IMG/VR virus record: IMGVR_UViG_3300020576_004326
Location: 1-64,000 of that record
Origin: a virus
Lineage: Duplodnaviria; Caudoviricetes
Length of the DNA stretch: 64,000 bases
Reading direction: 5' to 3' (one strand)
A model generated the notes under the pieces. That model was not told the DNA's origin, searched no databases, and saw only the letters and a list, made by a program, of their open reading frames with translations. This document shows positions 9,459-19,044 of this stretch, one piece after another. The stretch's first letter is position 1, and every line of letters begins with the position of its first letter. The position numbers and the translations under genes are program-made.

Positions 9459-10087
9459 TTCCTGTTTATCCGGGAGATAGATTCGGTAAGCTAATTTTTG
9501 TGCGGGAACTTCCTCGCATAAAATCAACGCGTTGGGCAGAGTTTCGTTGCGACTGCGGTAATTTGAAATCTGTTCAACTTAGAAAGGCCAGAGACGGTAA
9601 AACTACATCTTGCGGATGCGCTCGGGGTAGAGACTTGCAGGGTTGGACTCAACATTCCCTACGCAAAGTACATGCGCATATGATAAGCAGGTGCTATAAT
9701 CCCAAAAGGAAAGGCTATCATAGGTATGGAGGTCGAGGCATTGGTGTATGCAAGTCGTGGCGTAACCCAGACTCTGGACTAATTGTGTTTTGTAAGTGGG
9801 CCCTGTCGGTAGCAGGCTACGAACCTGGACTATGGTTAGATCGTAGAGATAATGACAGTAATTACACTCCTAGTAATTGTAGATTTGTTACGCCTACAGT
9901 AAGCGCCAATAATATGAGCACTAATACTTGGGTACGAGACCCCGTATCCAAGAAGATGCGTAAGTGGCGTCTTGTTCACAGAGAGCGTGCAGAAGACGGC
10001 GTATCTGCCAAAATGTTCTATAGTAGGCTTCAGCGAGGATGGCCAGTTAAAAAAGCCCTGACGCATCCCTATAGTAGGACCTACTGA
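9446..10087 (+). mobile_element. HNH homing endonuclease
   Basis: YGGRGIGVC...LDRRDNDSNYTPSNCRF; AT-rich; TTG start after aggagg. Confidence 0.88.
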
Positions 10088-10572
10088 TGTCCTGCTTCGT
10101 TTGTGAATTAGACACGCCAGTGCTGGATGAGCATCATATTATCATGCAATCTAGAGGAGGTTCGGAAGGTCCTACTGTATATCTGTGCGCTACGTGCCAT
10201 TCACTTACGCACCGCGCATCGCACCGCATGCTGCGCGGCAAGTCTTACGACGATCTGGAGGTACACCTCGACCACGACCAGCGCAGCAGGCTGTCTGTGC
10301 TGGTGCACTCGATCGTGATCGTAGAGGCGAGGTTCGAGGAGACCAAGAACCCGCGGCCGCTACTGGCCGTGAAGCTAGACCAGCCAGAGTACCTGGCGGC
10401 ACTCAACATGCTGCAGCGTGATCGCGGGTTCTCTTCCCGCGACAAGCTCGTGAACGCGATACTGAGGCGAATCGCGATTCAGTACGGGCTCGTTGCAGAC
10501 GACGCCTCCACAAAGAAACCGGAAATACGCAGCATAAAAGACGTAAGAACCGGTCAGCTGCAGCGCAAGTAG
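10087..10572 (+). CDS. HNH/Zn-binding domain protein
   Basis: CxxC...EHHII...SRGG...CxxCH pattern. Confidence 0.7.
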   Translation: MSCFVCELDTPVLDEHHIIMQSRGGSEGPTVYLCATCHSLTHRASHRMLRGKSYDDLEVHLDHDQRSRLSVLVHSIVIVEARFEETKNPRPLLAVKLDQPEYLAALNMLQRDRGFSSRDKLVNAILRRIAIQYGLVADDASTKKPEIRSIKDVRTGQLQRK

Positions 10573-10577
10573 GGGGC

Positions 10578-10606
10578 TTTACAAAGGGCTCCCGAGGTAC
10601 TATATA
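10578..10606 (+). promoter_or_regulatory. sigma70-type promoter
   Basis: TTTACA-N17-TATATA in an intergenic region upstream of 10655; same -35 box as at 29963. Confidence 0.55.
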
Positions 10607-10654
10607 GTGTAAGCGTTCTGCGTAAACTCAACCGTGTAGACCTGGGGATATTTC

Positions 10655-11323
10655 ATGAAAGCGGCATCGGGCTCTCCCGACAACGAAGAACTTCCCGACA
10701 TTCGGAGGAAAGACTTGGTACTCCCGCTCAGCTGCGGGAGCTGTACGTTCTACTCGAGGCTGGCGGTATTCAAGCAGCCCTGTTCCGATCTAGGCACGCC
10801 GGCGTCCGCCAAGACGTGCTTCCGCTTCGTTCCCGATCCCCACCAACTAGACGAGCCCAAGCGGCTGTTCCGCGTGCTCTCGGCTATCGGTAAAGCGAAG
10901 CGTCCTCTCCTCGCGGCGTCCGTAGTTCTCGGCGCCAAGCGCGTAGCCAAGTTCGGGCTGCGCATCGGCCAGATCGTGTACTTCCGACCGGCCGGCGACG
11001 ACTACCTCAACAACTACGCGGCGGCGTCGATAGTCGGCGCCACGAAGGACAGGATCGTACTGGCGGGCGAGCAGGGCTTCACGGCCTTCGTCTACCCCAC
11101 GAGCGTGATGACGAAGGAGGCGTTCGAGACGAAGCGCAAGTCTCTCGTTAAGCGCGATAAGGTAAACGATCCCAGCGGCGGGTTCAAGAAGCTCAAGGTG
11201 GGCAACGTCGAGAAGCTGATGGCGTACCTGCCCGAGCTTGCTCGCGCCTCTACCAAGAAGCGCAGGGGGCGGCCGCCGGGCAAGCGCAAGAAGGGACCGA
11301 TCATCCTCAATCCGGAGGTGTGA
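10655..11323 (+). CDS. Hypothetical protein with Cys cluster
   Basis: 222 aa, CGSC...C...C motif, RBS upstream. Confidence 0.65.
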   Translation: MKAASGSPDNEELPDIRRKDLVLPLSCGSCTFYSRLAVFKQPCSDLGTPASAKTCFRFVPDPHQLDEPKRLFRVLSAIGKAKRPLLAASVVLGAKRVAKFGLRIGQIVYFRPAGDDYLNNYAAASIVGATKDRIVLAGEQGFTAFVYPTSVMTKEAFETKRKSLVKRDKVNDPSGGFKKLKVGNVEKLMAYLPELARASTKKRRGRPPGKRKKGPIILNPEV

Positions 11324-11325
11324 GG

Positions 11326-12345
11326 ATGATCAGATCGTTCCTAGACCGCGGAGACGAACTCCGCGAACTCGACGCGGCTCAGAAGCGCGCCCTCGACGAA
11401 CAGTTCTTGCTGTACTTGGTTCACGGCACGTCGTTTCGAGACGCGCTGCGAGAGTCGGCAGAGCTTCTCACCGAATATCAGTTCTTTCTCAAGGAGGTAA
11501 TAAAGGCGAAGCTCACGACCATGATCGAAGACCCCGTGTGCAACACCCGCATCAAGCCCGCCGTGCTCAGGCTGGCCGCGGGAGACACGACGGGGTTTCG
11601 CGTCATGCAAGAGAACCCCCGTCGCACGCGTCGCATCGTATCCAAGAACGCCAAGACGTTTCGGCGCCTGCTGCGAGAAGTCAAGTTCGACGAGATAGGG
11701 CCGACGAGCATAGCGTCGCTCGAGGAAGAGTACCTCGAGAGCGTTAGGCCCCACGCTCGCAACTTCGTCAACTACCGAGCCGTGTTCCTCACCTCCGCGG
11801 AGCACGGCCTGTCGACCAAAGACATGATCACCGACCTGATGATCATCGCGCTTCGCACGTTTCGGTGGTACTACCCGTATCGAGAAGGGCTGCACATGCT
11901 CAACACGATGCGAGCCGCTATCACCAACCGCGGCAACTCGCTGATCAAGTACAACACCGCAGACGTTCGACGCCGCCTCATAATGCTCGACTCGGGCGAG
12001 ATGTACAACAGAGAGTCGAGCGGCGACTACGAGGCGGCTCTCAACTCTTCGGCGGGCTCGGCCGATCCGACGCGCTGGTCTAACCTGCGCCTAGACATCG
12101 ATCGGCTGCGAGAGTACGGCTACAACCCGTCGGTGATCGAGTTCGTGTCGTCGCCCGAAATGCAAGACAGGTTCGTCGGGTGGGTCGGAGCGAAGTACGG
12201 AGTTCGCCTCTCGTCTATAGAGGACGTGGGTCGGTACCTAAAGAGCAACGGCAAGTCGTATAAGAAGGTCGTGGCGCTGTTCTTGCAGCAGCCCGCAAAG
12301 TCGGTAAATACCGCGTTGAATGCCCTGCGCTCCGTTGCGGCGTAG
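11326..12345 (+). CDS. Hypothetical protein, possibly a divergent phage sigma factor
   Basis: Segment KDMITDLMIIALRTFRWYYP...RAAITNRGNSLIKY loosely resembles sigma region 2; weak. Confidence 0.3.
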   Translation: MIRSFLDRGDELRELDAAQKRALDEQFLLYLVHGTSFRDALRESAELLTEYQFFLKEVIKAKLTTMIEDPVCNTRIKPAVLRLAAGDTTGFRVMQENPRRTRRIVSKNAKTFRRLLREVKFDEIGPTSIASLEEEYLESVRPHARNFVNYRAVFLTSAEHGLSTKDMITDLMIIALRTFRWYYPYREGLHMLNTMRAAITNRGNSLIKYNTADVRRRLIMLDSGEMYNRESSGDYEAALNSSAGSADPTRWSNLRLDIDRLREYGYNPSVIEFVSSPEMQDRFVGWVGAKYGVRLSSIEDVGRYLKSNGKSYKKVVALFLQQPAKSVNTALNALRSVAA

Positions 12346-12375
12346 GTAAAGCACGAAATCGTCCGTGCGGGCGGT

Positions 12376-12387
12376 CGAGTAAATATA
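12376..12387 (+). promoter_or_regulatory. CGAGTAAATATA motif, candidate phage promoter
   Basis: Intergenic; identical 12-mer at 29156-29167. Confidence 0.5.
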
Positions 12388-12439
12388 GAGCGTCCCCGAG
12401 AGCGGGCGCAGTTTCGCATCTAAACAGGAGAGAACCCAA

Positions 12440-13219
12440 ATGTCTGCAATCGTAGTTTTCCGCTCGGGGCACGCAATGCCCGTCGCGAAGATGGGGAACG
12501 TGTCTCCCGTGTTCACGATCCGCAAGTCGGTCGACCTCGTCGTTCGCGGCTGCAGCGCCGCGAAGGGAGGAGACCTCGTCGTCGGTCTCTCGACCCGAAC
12601 GACGGTCGACTCGGAGCACCGCATGGACGTCGAAGGCGCCCCCGTCGGCAAGAAGGGCGAGCGTCCGTTCTCGGTCGTAGGCCGCACGCCCGACGCCTTC
12701 CGCATCTCGGAAGAGTTCGAGGAGCTCGTCAACTCCAAGAAGTTCGCGGCCCTCGAAGCCGACGTGCGCGACGGCGCCATGAAGCTGGTTCGCCTACTCG
12801 CCAAGTGGCACGGCAAGTACGTCGCCGCGATCGCGGGCGCGTCTGAGCCCGTCCCAGCTACGCCCGTCGTCTCGGCCGAAGACTTGCAGGAGCGCGATCC
12901 CACCTACTGCGAGCGCCGCTTCTTGCGCAACGTCACGAAGCTGCACGAGCTGCTCGAGGAGAACGGCGTCGAAGAAGACTCGGTGTCGTCTCCGGCCGAG
13001 GGCATCTTCGCCCTGCTCGCCCTGTGCGCCGAGAAGGACGTCGCCGTCGAAGACGAACACAGCATGCGCGAGGCGCTCCTCGAGCTGCCGATCGAGAATA
13101 TCATCTCGCCGGGCACGTCGCCCCAGCATCTCCCCAACTTCGACGACATGGTTGCGGCGGCTCGCGGCGCCTCGGGCGCAGACGACGAGGACGAGGAAGA
13201 AGGCGACAAAGCCGCCTGA
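12440..13219 (+). CDS. Hypothetical protein with acidic tail
   Basis: 259 aa, aggaga RBS, terminator downstream. Confidence 0.7.
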   Translation: MSAIVVFRSGHAMPVAKMGNVSPVFTIRKSVDLVVRGCSAAKGGDLVVGLSTRTTVDSEHRMDVEGAPVGKKGERPFSVVGRTPDAFRISEEFEELVNSKKFAALEADVRDGAMKLVRLLAKWHGKYVAAIAGASEPVPATPVVSAEDLQERDPTYCERRFLRNVTKLHELLEENGVEEDSVSSPAEGIFALLALCAEKDVAVEDEHSMREALLELPIENIISPGTSPQHLPNFDDMVAAARGASGADDEDEEEGDKAA

Positions 13220-13247
13220 CGACCTGCGCCCCTAGACTACCCAGTAC

Positions 13248-13283
13248 AAGGGCGGAGCCTCCCAGCTTCGCCCTTTTATTTTA
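13248..13283 (+). terminator. Rho-independent terminator
   Basis: aagggcggagc/gcttcgccctt stem followed by ttattttatt. Confidence 0.7.
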
Positions 13284-13295
13284 TTCGAGGCAGCG

Positions 13296-14324
13296 ATGAT
13301 AGACACCAAGGCACTGCTCAAGATCGTAGATCGCCACAAGAAGCTGGTTCAAGACACTCGCGTCTACGTCCGCGTCGTAGACAAGAAGCTGGTGGTGTCG
13401 TCTGGTAACCTGTCGGGCGTCGTGCTGCGCACGCGCACGCGGGCCGACTCGGCCGACTTCAAGGCGCTCGTTTCTGTAGACGCGCTGATGGGCGCGCTTC
13501 GCGCCACCAAGGAAGCAGAGCTGTCGGTGGCCGACGGCCGACTGGTGGTGAAGGGCAAGGGCATGAAGGCCGACATGCCCATCGAGCCCGGCGAGCCTCC
13601 GTCACTACCCAAGACGAACGACGCCGCGGCGCTGCCCAAGAAGGTGGTGGCCGCCCTTCGCGACGCCGTCCCTCGCGTCGATATACCGCGCCTGGCAAAA
13701 TCGGGCCAGCTGTCGATTCGGTGCCGCGACGGCGAGCTGTTCGCCGCCTGCACCGACGACGTGCACGGAGCCGTCTACCGCGGCAAGGGTTCAGGCGACC
13801 TCGAACTCGGCGTGTTCCCCCAAGACTCTGGCCTGCTCACGAACGCCCTGGCGCACGACGACGTAGCCATCGCGTTCATCGAGGGGTCGCTCGTCATCAA
13901 CTCGAAGGGCGACGTCGAGGAGACGGTGGTAATCCCCACCGTCGCGTGCGACTACATACCGCGAGACGACTCGTCGGCGAAGACGGTAGCTCGCATCAAG
14001 ATCACCGATCTTCGCGAGGTGCTGTCGGCCGTGTCGCCCATCACGTCGGCAGACGAGGCGTCTCCCGTCCGCATCGTGCTAGACCCAGCTAAGGGCGCTC
14101 GCGTCGAGGTTGCCTCTACCGTGGGCACTCTCAGCAAGCGCCTCAACGCCAAGGTGCTCAAGGCCACTGCCTTCGGCATCAGCCACGTACTGCTCAACGA
14201 CCTGTCGTCTAAGATGACGGGAACCGTGAGCCTCGGCGTCTTCGTGGAGGAGGGCGAGGTGGCTCGCGTCCAGTTCGAGTGCGAGGGCGTAGTGTACGCC
14301 GCGCTCACGGACGGAGGCAAGTAG
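13296..14324 (+). CDS. DNA polymerase III beta-subunit-like sliding clamp
   Basis: 342 aa with repeated alpha/beta clamp pattern (LVVSSGN, LSIRCRDGELFAACTD, PPSLP linker) in a replication gene block. Confidence 0.55.
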   Translation: MIDTKALLKIVDRHKKLVQDTRVYVRVVDKKLVVSSGNLSGVVLRTRTRADSADFKALVSVDALMGALRATKEAELSVADGRLVVKGKGMKADMPIEPGEPPSLPKTNDAAALPKKVVAALRDAVPRVDIPRLAKSGQLSIRCRDGELFAACTDDVHGAVYRGKGSGDLELGVFPQDSGLLTNALAHDDVAIAFIEGSLVINSKGDVEETVVIPTVACDYIPRDDSSAKTVARIKITDLREVLSAVSPITSADEASPVRIVLDPAKGARVEVASTVGTLSKRLNAKVLKATAFGISHVLLNDLSSKMTGTVSLGVFVEEGEVARVQFECEGVVYAALTDGGK

Positions 14325-14328
14325 CGCG

Positions 14329-14733
14329 ATGCTCTACTTCGAGCCCGGTGACCACCGCAGAGAACTGTTCGACTCTCTGCCGCTCGACCAGTTCCTTCGC
14401 ATCGACGTGCTAGAGTCTCTGGCGCTCACGTCTCCCACCGTGCTGTTCAAGACGCGCACCTCCATACCCACCCTGCAGCTCGCGTCTAGCACGCTGTGCG
14501 AGCTGCCGTTCGGCCGGCTGGAGGCGGTCACGTGCGCCGGGCTAGTCGTGGGGTACCAGATCGTGTCGCCGAAGTGCTCCGTCAACGTGCGGTACAACTA
14601 CGCTGCGCTGTGGCGCCGTGCGTCTCCTAGCTCCGACAGCTCGGTGTACTTCGTCGACAAGCGCATATCTGTGATGGGCAACCCCGAAGCTCTGCTGGCA
14701 ATCAGCTCTCACGTCAGGTGGACATCCCGATGA
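14329..14733 (+). CDS. Hypothetical protein
   Basis: 134 aa, tightly packed with neighbours. Confidence 0.55.
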   Translation: MLYFEPGDHRRELFDSLPLDQFLRIDVLESLALTSPTVLFKTRTSIPTLQLASSTLCELPFGRLEAVTCAGLVVGYQIVSPKCSVNVRYNYAALWRRASPSSDSSVYFVDKRISVMGNPEALLAISSHVRWTSR

Positions 14734-15203
14734 TCAAGACCGACCCCAAGCTGGTCGAGGTGCTCGAAGCCATAAAGAAGCGCCCGCGTATACCGTACTC
14801 GCAGTACATCAGGACCGTGATGGAGCTGCACACTAAGCTGCCCGACGTGCGCCCGCGCGGGGCGGAGATGGCCCGCGCTCGACTGCGCATCTCTACAGAC
14901 CGATCCCAGATCGTGGGCATCAAGCTCGTCTGCCTCAAAGAGATAGCCGAGGTGCGCAGGGTAGAGACTCGGATGCGCGACTTCTTATACGCCAAGTACG
15001 CCACGTACTTGGCGCAGCACCGAAACAAGCGAGCGCGCGACGCCATCGTGTCCGACGCGCTGTCGCCCCTCACGAAGCGTATACAGCCCATAGCCGACGT
15101 GCTCCAGATCATCGACACGGCGCTGGCCGACTTCGACAGCAAGGGGTACGCCATCCGCGACTCTGCCGATTCGATGCGGCTGGCAGAGCGCGAGATTCAG
15201 TAG
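14730..15203 (+). CDS. UvsY-like recombination mediator
   Basis: Helical protein ending ALADFDSKGYAIRD, like the T4 UvsY C-terminus (ALDAIKSRGFAIK); near a UvsW-like helicase. Confidence 0.5.
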   Translation: MIKTDPKLVEVLEAIKKRPRIPYSQYIRTVMELHTKLPDVRPRGAEMARARLRISTDRSQIVGIKLVCLKEIAEVRRVETRMRDFLYAKYATYLAQHRNKRARDAIVSDALSPLTKRIQPIADVLQIIDTALADFDSKGYAIRDSADSMRLAEREIQ

Positions 15204-15212
15204 GAGGTGACC

Positions 15213-15617
15213 ATGAACGACTGGACGCAAGAAGATCGCGCGGAGCAGGGCCTGCAGCGCAACCGAACACCCGACGGCACGTGCAAGTACGCGCTGATCC
15301 GCCTCGACAAGCTCCGCGACGACGCCGCCCTGCCGGGAAACGAAGTGGCTCAGAACGTACTGCACGACCTCGTTGCGGGCAAGCGAGGCGCTTCTCCCAA
15401 GTGGGTTAGCGTGATAGACCTTCTTCCCTACGTCGAACTGGGAGGAGTCGACAACCGCGAAGAGTGCTTCGTCGTCAAGCTCAAAGACGAGCACGCCCCC
15501 TCCACTCTCGACCAGTACGCCAACTCGGCACGCGCACGCGGGCTCACCGCTATTGCAGACGACGTGCAGGCGCTGGCCGAACGCTCTCGCGCCATGCAGA
15601 CGAAGCGTCCCGACTGA
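15213..15617 (+). CDS. Conserved-looking phage hypothetical protein
   Basis: ggagg RBS; FVVKLKDEHA...LDQYA pattern. Confidence 0.6.
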   Translation: MNDWTQEDRAEQGLQRNRTPDGTCKYALIRLDKLRDDAALPGNEVAQNVLHDLVAGKRGASPKWVSVIDLLPYVELGGVDNREECFVVKLKDEHAPSTLDQYANSARARGLTAIADDVQALAERSRAMQTKRPD

Positions 15618-15667
15618 CGACTGGCGAGTAAAGAAGCCGCGAACACTAGTCGCAGACGAACGGGCGC

Positions 15668-17857
15668 ATGAAAACTCGCATCCTACTAAAAGACAGGTAC
15701 TACGTTCCCCTCTCGATTGTAGATCGCGAGGCGATGAAGCGCGAGTTCGAAGTTGCGGTCGAGACTAAGAAGTTCTGCCGCCCCGAGTGCCCGCTCTCTG
15801 CGAAGCGTGGAAGGTACTGCTCCACTTGCCCCTCGAAAGAGGCCAAGATCAAGATGTGGGAGCTCATCAAGACGCCCGGCGGCAAGAAGCTGATCGCTCT
15901 GCCGTCGGGCGACCGAACCAAGGTGCAGGCGGTACTCACGACTCGCAAGTACGAGATCGTAGACAAGCGACCGCGGCCGCGCATGAAGTCGGGCCTCCAG
16001 TGGAGAGGCAAGCTGCGTCGCAAGGGCGACGTAGACGACTCTGGCCGCCCGTACGCCGACCAGCGCGGCATGGTCCGAGCGTGGCGCGACCACGTAGACT
16101 CGGGCGAGACTGGCGGCACCATCATCTCTCCTCCCCGAAGCGGCAAGTGCGTGTACGGCGACACTCTGGTGCGCACGTACGACGGCATCGTGCGCATCGA
16201 CTCGCTGTTCGCTAGATACCCCGTCGGCATAGAGCGCGTGGGCCGCTTCGGTCACGTGTACACCCCGTTCGGCGTGCACGAGATTCGCGGCCTCTACTCG
16301 AAGACGGTGGACCAGACCGTAGAGGTGCTGTTCCAGAGCGGCCTGCGGCTCGGAGGTACGCCTAACCACCCTCTCATGATCCTCGACGGCAACTCGACGA
16401 AGTGGGTACAGCTGGGTCAGCTGCGCGGCGACGAGCAGGCCATAATCCCCACCTGCATACCCACCGAAGTCACGGGCCGCGGGCTGACCGTAGACGAGGC
16501 GGTGATCGTCGGTGCGGTGGCGACGCGCTCTAGCAAGACCCGCCTAGCCTCCGGCGTAGTAGACGTCGTGCTCGACGGTCTCCGCTTCCCCGACGCCGTG
16601 CGCAGCGCATTCTATCGCAGGCACCGCGTCATCCCCAACTCGGTAGGTCGCCTCACGGCGCAGCTCTCTACGCTCGCGTATTCTGTCCCCGCGTCGCCCG
16701 ACCTCCCCTGGCTCCCCCGCTCCGTGTTTCGCGCCGGCCCCCGATCCACGCGTGCCCTGCTGCGCACCGTGCTAGACGGAGCCGCCCTCGTAGGTAGCCA
16801 CCGCGTAGCCGTGCTGCCCCGACTGCTGGCGGAGCTGGTCCACGTCACGCTGCTGGGCTACGGCGTATGGGCCACCGTAGAGCACCACCCCGACGGCTCG
16901 CACGTGGCCGTGGCGTGCGACCAAGACCTGGAGGCGGCGTTCCGTCGCGCGGCCGAGTCGGCCGTACACAACGAGCACCTCCACAGCAAGCAGGGCGTCG
17001 TGCACGGCCTAGTAGACACGGTGCTGTCGGTGCGCTTCGTGAACGAGCCCCGCGTCGTGTACGACTTGGCGGTGCCGGCCGTGAAGTCGTTCGTGAGCAA
17101 CGCACTCGCCTCCCACAACACCGTCATCGGCGTTAAGTGCGCCCTGCTTCACGGCGAGCGCTCCTTCTTCACAGCCAGCCAGATCGACTTCTTGCGCCAG
17201 TTCGGCATGCGCTTCGGCGAGAACTCGAACGCGATAGAGCTGTATCGCAAGGGCAAGCGGCCCGTCGTGATCGTCGACAAGAAGGGCTGGAAAGACGCTC
17301 CCAAGTACGGCGTCCACGTCGTGAAGAAGTGGGGCAAGGAGACGGACGAGGCCGACGTCGTGCTCGCTCCCTACCAGCAATTCGTGCACCCCGAGCGCGG
17401 CTACGAGCGCCTCAAGCGCCACGTCTCGGGCAAGTTCGGCACGGCGGGCGTAGACGAGCAGCACCAGGCAAACGCCGCCGCGTTCTCTCGCGTGCTCAAT
17501 CGCATCAACGTTCGGCGCAAGCTGGGACTCACCGCGACGGTTCACCGCAAAGACTGCTGCCATCCAGACTCTATAGTTATGACGCCTAAGGGAGCTAAGA
17601 AGCTCTCGAACGTTAGGGTAGGCGATAGAGTTCTATGTTACGGCTCGGACGAGATGCCCCAATACAGAGAGGTGCTTCTCAAGCACGAGCGTAAAGTAGG
17701 ACCCATGCTAGAGATTTGTTACGAAGGCGGGTCGGTTAGATTAACGCCGGACCACAGACTATGGTCAGTGACTAGAAGAACGTATGTCGCTGCTAGAGAT
17801 GTGTCTGTCGGCGAGGAGCTTCTTCCCTATCGCCCATTTGCGAAAGTCTCTAAATGA
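15668..17857 (+). CDS. SF2 (UvsW-like) helicase, N-terminal part, with one intein and the N-half of a split intein
   Basis: Walker A SPPRSGK|T interrupted by an intein; motif II VDEQH; motif III LGLTAT. Confidence 0.85.
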   Translation: MKTRILLKDRYYVPLSIVDREAMKREFEVAVETKKFCRPECPLSAKRGRYCSTCPSKEAKIKMWELIKTPGGKKLIALPSGDRTKVQAVLTTRKYEIVDKRPRPRMKSGLQWRGKLRRKGDVDDSGRPYADQRGMVRAWRDHVDSGETGGTIISPPRSGKCVYGDTLVRTYDGIVRIDSLFARYPVGIERVGRFGHVYTPFGVHEIRGLYSKTVDQTVEVLFQSGLRLGGTPNHPLMILDGNSTKWVQLGQLRGDEQAIIPTCIPTEVTGRGLTVDEAVIVGAVATRSSKTRLASGVVDVVLDGLRFPDAVRSAFYRRHRVIPNSVGRLTAQLSTLAYSVPASPDLPWLPRSVFRAGPRSTRALLRTVLDGAALVGSHRVAVLPRLLAELVHVTLLGYGVWATVEHHPDGSHVAVACDQDLEAAFRRAAESAVHNEHLHSKQGVVHGLVDTVLSVRFVNEPRVVYDLAVPAVKSFVSNALASHNTVIGVKCALLHGERSFFTASQIDFLRQFGMRFGENSNAIELYRKGKRPVVIVDKKGWKDAPKYGVHVVKKWGKETDEADVVLAPYQQFVHPERGYERLKRHVSGKFGTAGVDEQHQANAAAFSRVLNRINVRRKLGLTATVHRKDCCHPDSIVMTPKGAKKLSNVRVGDRVLCYGSDEMPQYREVLLKHERKVGPMLEICYEGGSVRLTPDHRLWSVTRRTYVAARDVSVGEELLPYRPFAKVSK
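16148..17119 (+). mobile_element. Contiguous intein (324 aa) in helicase Walker A, degenerate endonuclease region
   Basis: Starts CVYGDTLV, has block B GTPNHP, ends LASHN followed by Thr. Confidence 0.92.
17555..17857 (+). mobile_element. Split intein N-half (100 aa) of the helicase
   Basis: Starts CCHPDSIV, has block B LTPDHRL, then a stop with no C-terminal HN. Confidence 0.88.
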
Positions 17858-18862
17858 CATGCTCTCCCACTCCTCTGGAAGTTTTATGCGCCTAGTCGGC
17901 ATCATCAGTAGTACCGCGTATCGGTACCCCGCTCTCTTGGCAGCTAGAGACTTTAGCTGGAGGGTCTTGAAAGCCCTAGAGTCTTGCCTTACGAGACCGA
18001 TAGTCCAGGTACTCTTAACCTCTAGGATCAAGTTTCGTCTCTTGATGTACATGTCTGGGTAGTGTCGGTGAGTCTGGCCGTCCACGCCTCTATACCTTAT
18101 TACAGGCACAGTCTTCTCGCTCGCTACGGTTATCAAGTTTGGTCTAACTCTCCTAGTTAACCACCTTAAGGCGTGGTGCTCCCACCCCATGACCTTTACC
18201 CTTCGTTTACCGAGAGCTACCCACTTGGTAGTTACCGTGTTCTTTGTAAGTGCTGCCGCGCAGTGTGGGCATCCATAACCCTTAATTATTGAGTACGGAA
18301 ATGTCTTCCACGTATTTTTGCATACACGGCACCTGAATTTGCACTTTGCAGTTCTCATTTTGTAGCCAGAAACGTAGTCTATGTTCCTACCCTCAAGAGA
18401 TTCGATGACGGCGTCGATAGACTTCCTAGTCTTTAATCCTCCCTTTCGCTTTCCGCAAATCTCACAGCCGGAGGCAGTGCCTAGTACGAACTTCGGTCCT
18501 CTCAGTATGTCGTGTCCTTCGTCACACACGAACCTAGTGGGAGTCAGCGCGTCTATGTAAGGACCTACCCTTCTTATTCTTCCGCCGAACTTAGCAGCTA
18601 TCTTTGCATCTATTTTCTGCTGCCCTTTTATCCGTAGCGTTCTTGCAATCCTGCGTGCCCTGCACGTAGGACACGCTCCCTTGGTCCTGTACATTAAAAG
18701 ACGCGGCGTCGCCTTCCATCGTGTTCCGTCTACTTTACACCTAACTTCTACGGGCTTGCGGTAAGACTTGTAGCGTGACGTCACTTCTATGTTAGGCTTA
18801 AGCTCACCCAGGTCACGAATAAAGTCTTCGTGCGTTCTACCGCTTCTTCCGTACTTGCCCAT
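17765..18862 (-). mobile_element. Free-standing homing endonuclease, three Zn-ribbon repeats plus PD-(D/E)xK domain
   Basis: Three C..W/H..P..C..C repeats; HYPD...LEVKS; low GC; lies between the split intein halves. Confidence 0.78.
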
Positions 18863-18912
18863 GACTGCTACCCTTCATAGTAAAGACCGATTACTCTAAT
18901 ACAAATAGGCAG

Positions 18913-19044
18913 ATGCTAATGACCGTAAGAGTGACAGGCATTCGTCAGATAGAGCCCTCCATCAGCATAGACTTGACGGTGAGAGAAAACTCAAACTACT
19001 TTGTTGCCGACGAGGGCAGTTCTTCTCTCGTGCTAACGCACAAC
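18913..19044 (+). mobile_element. Split intein C-half (about 42-44 aa) of the helicase
   Basis: IDLTVRENSNYFV...LVLTHN followed by Cys. Confidence 0.88.
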
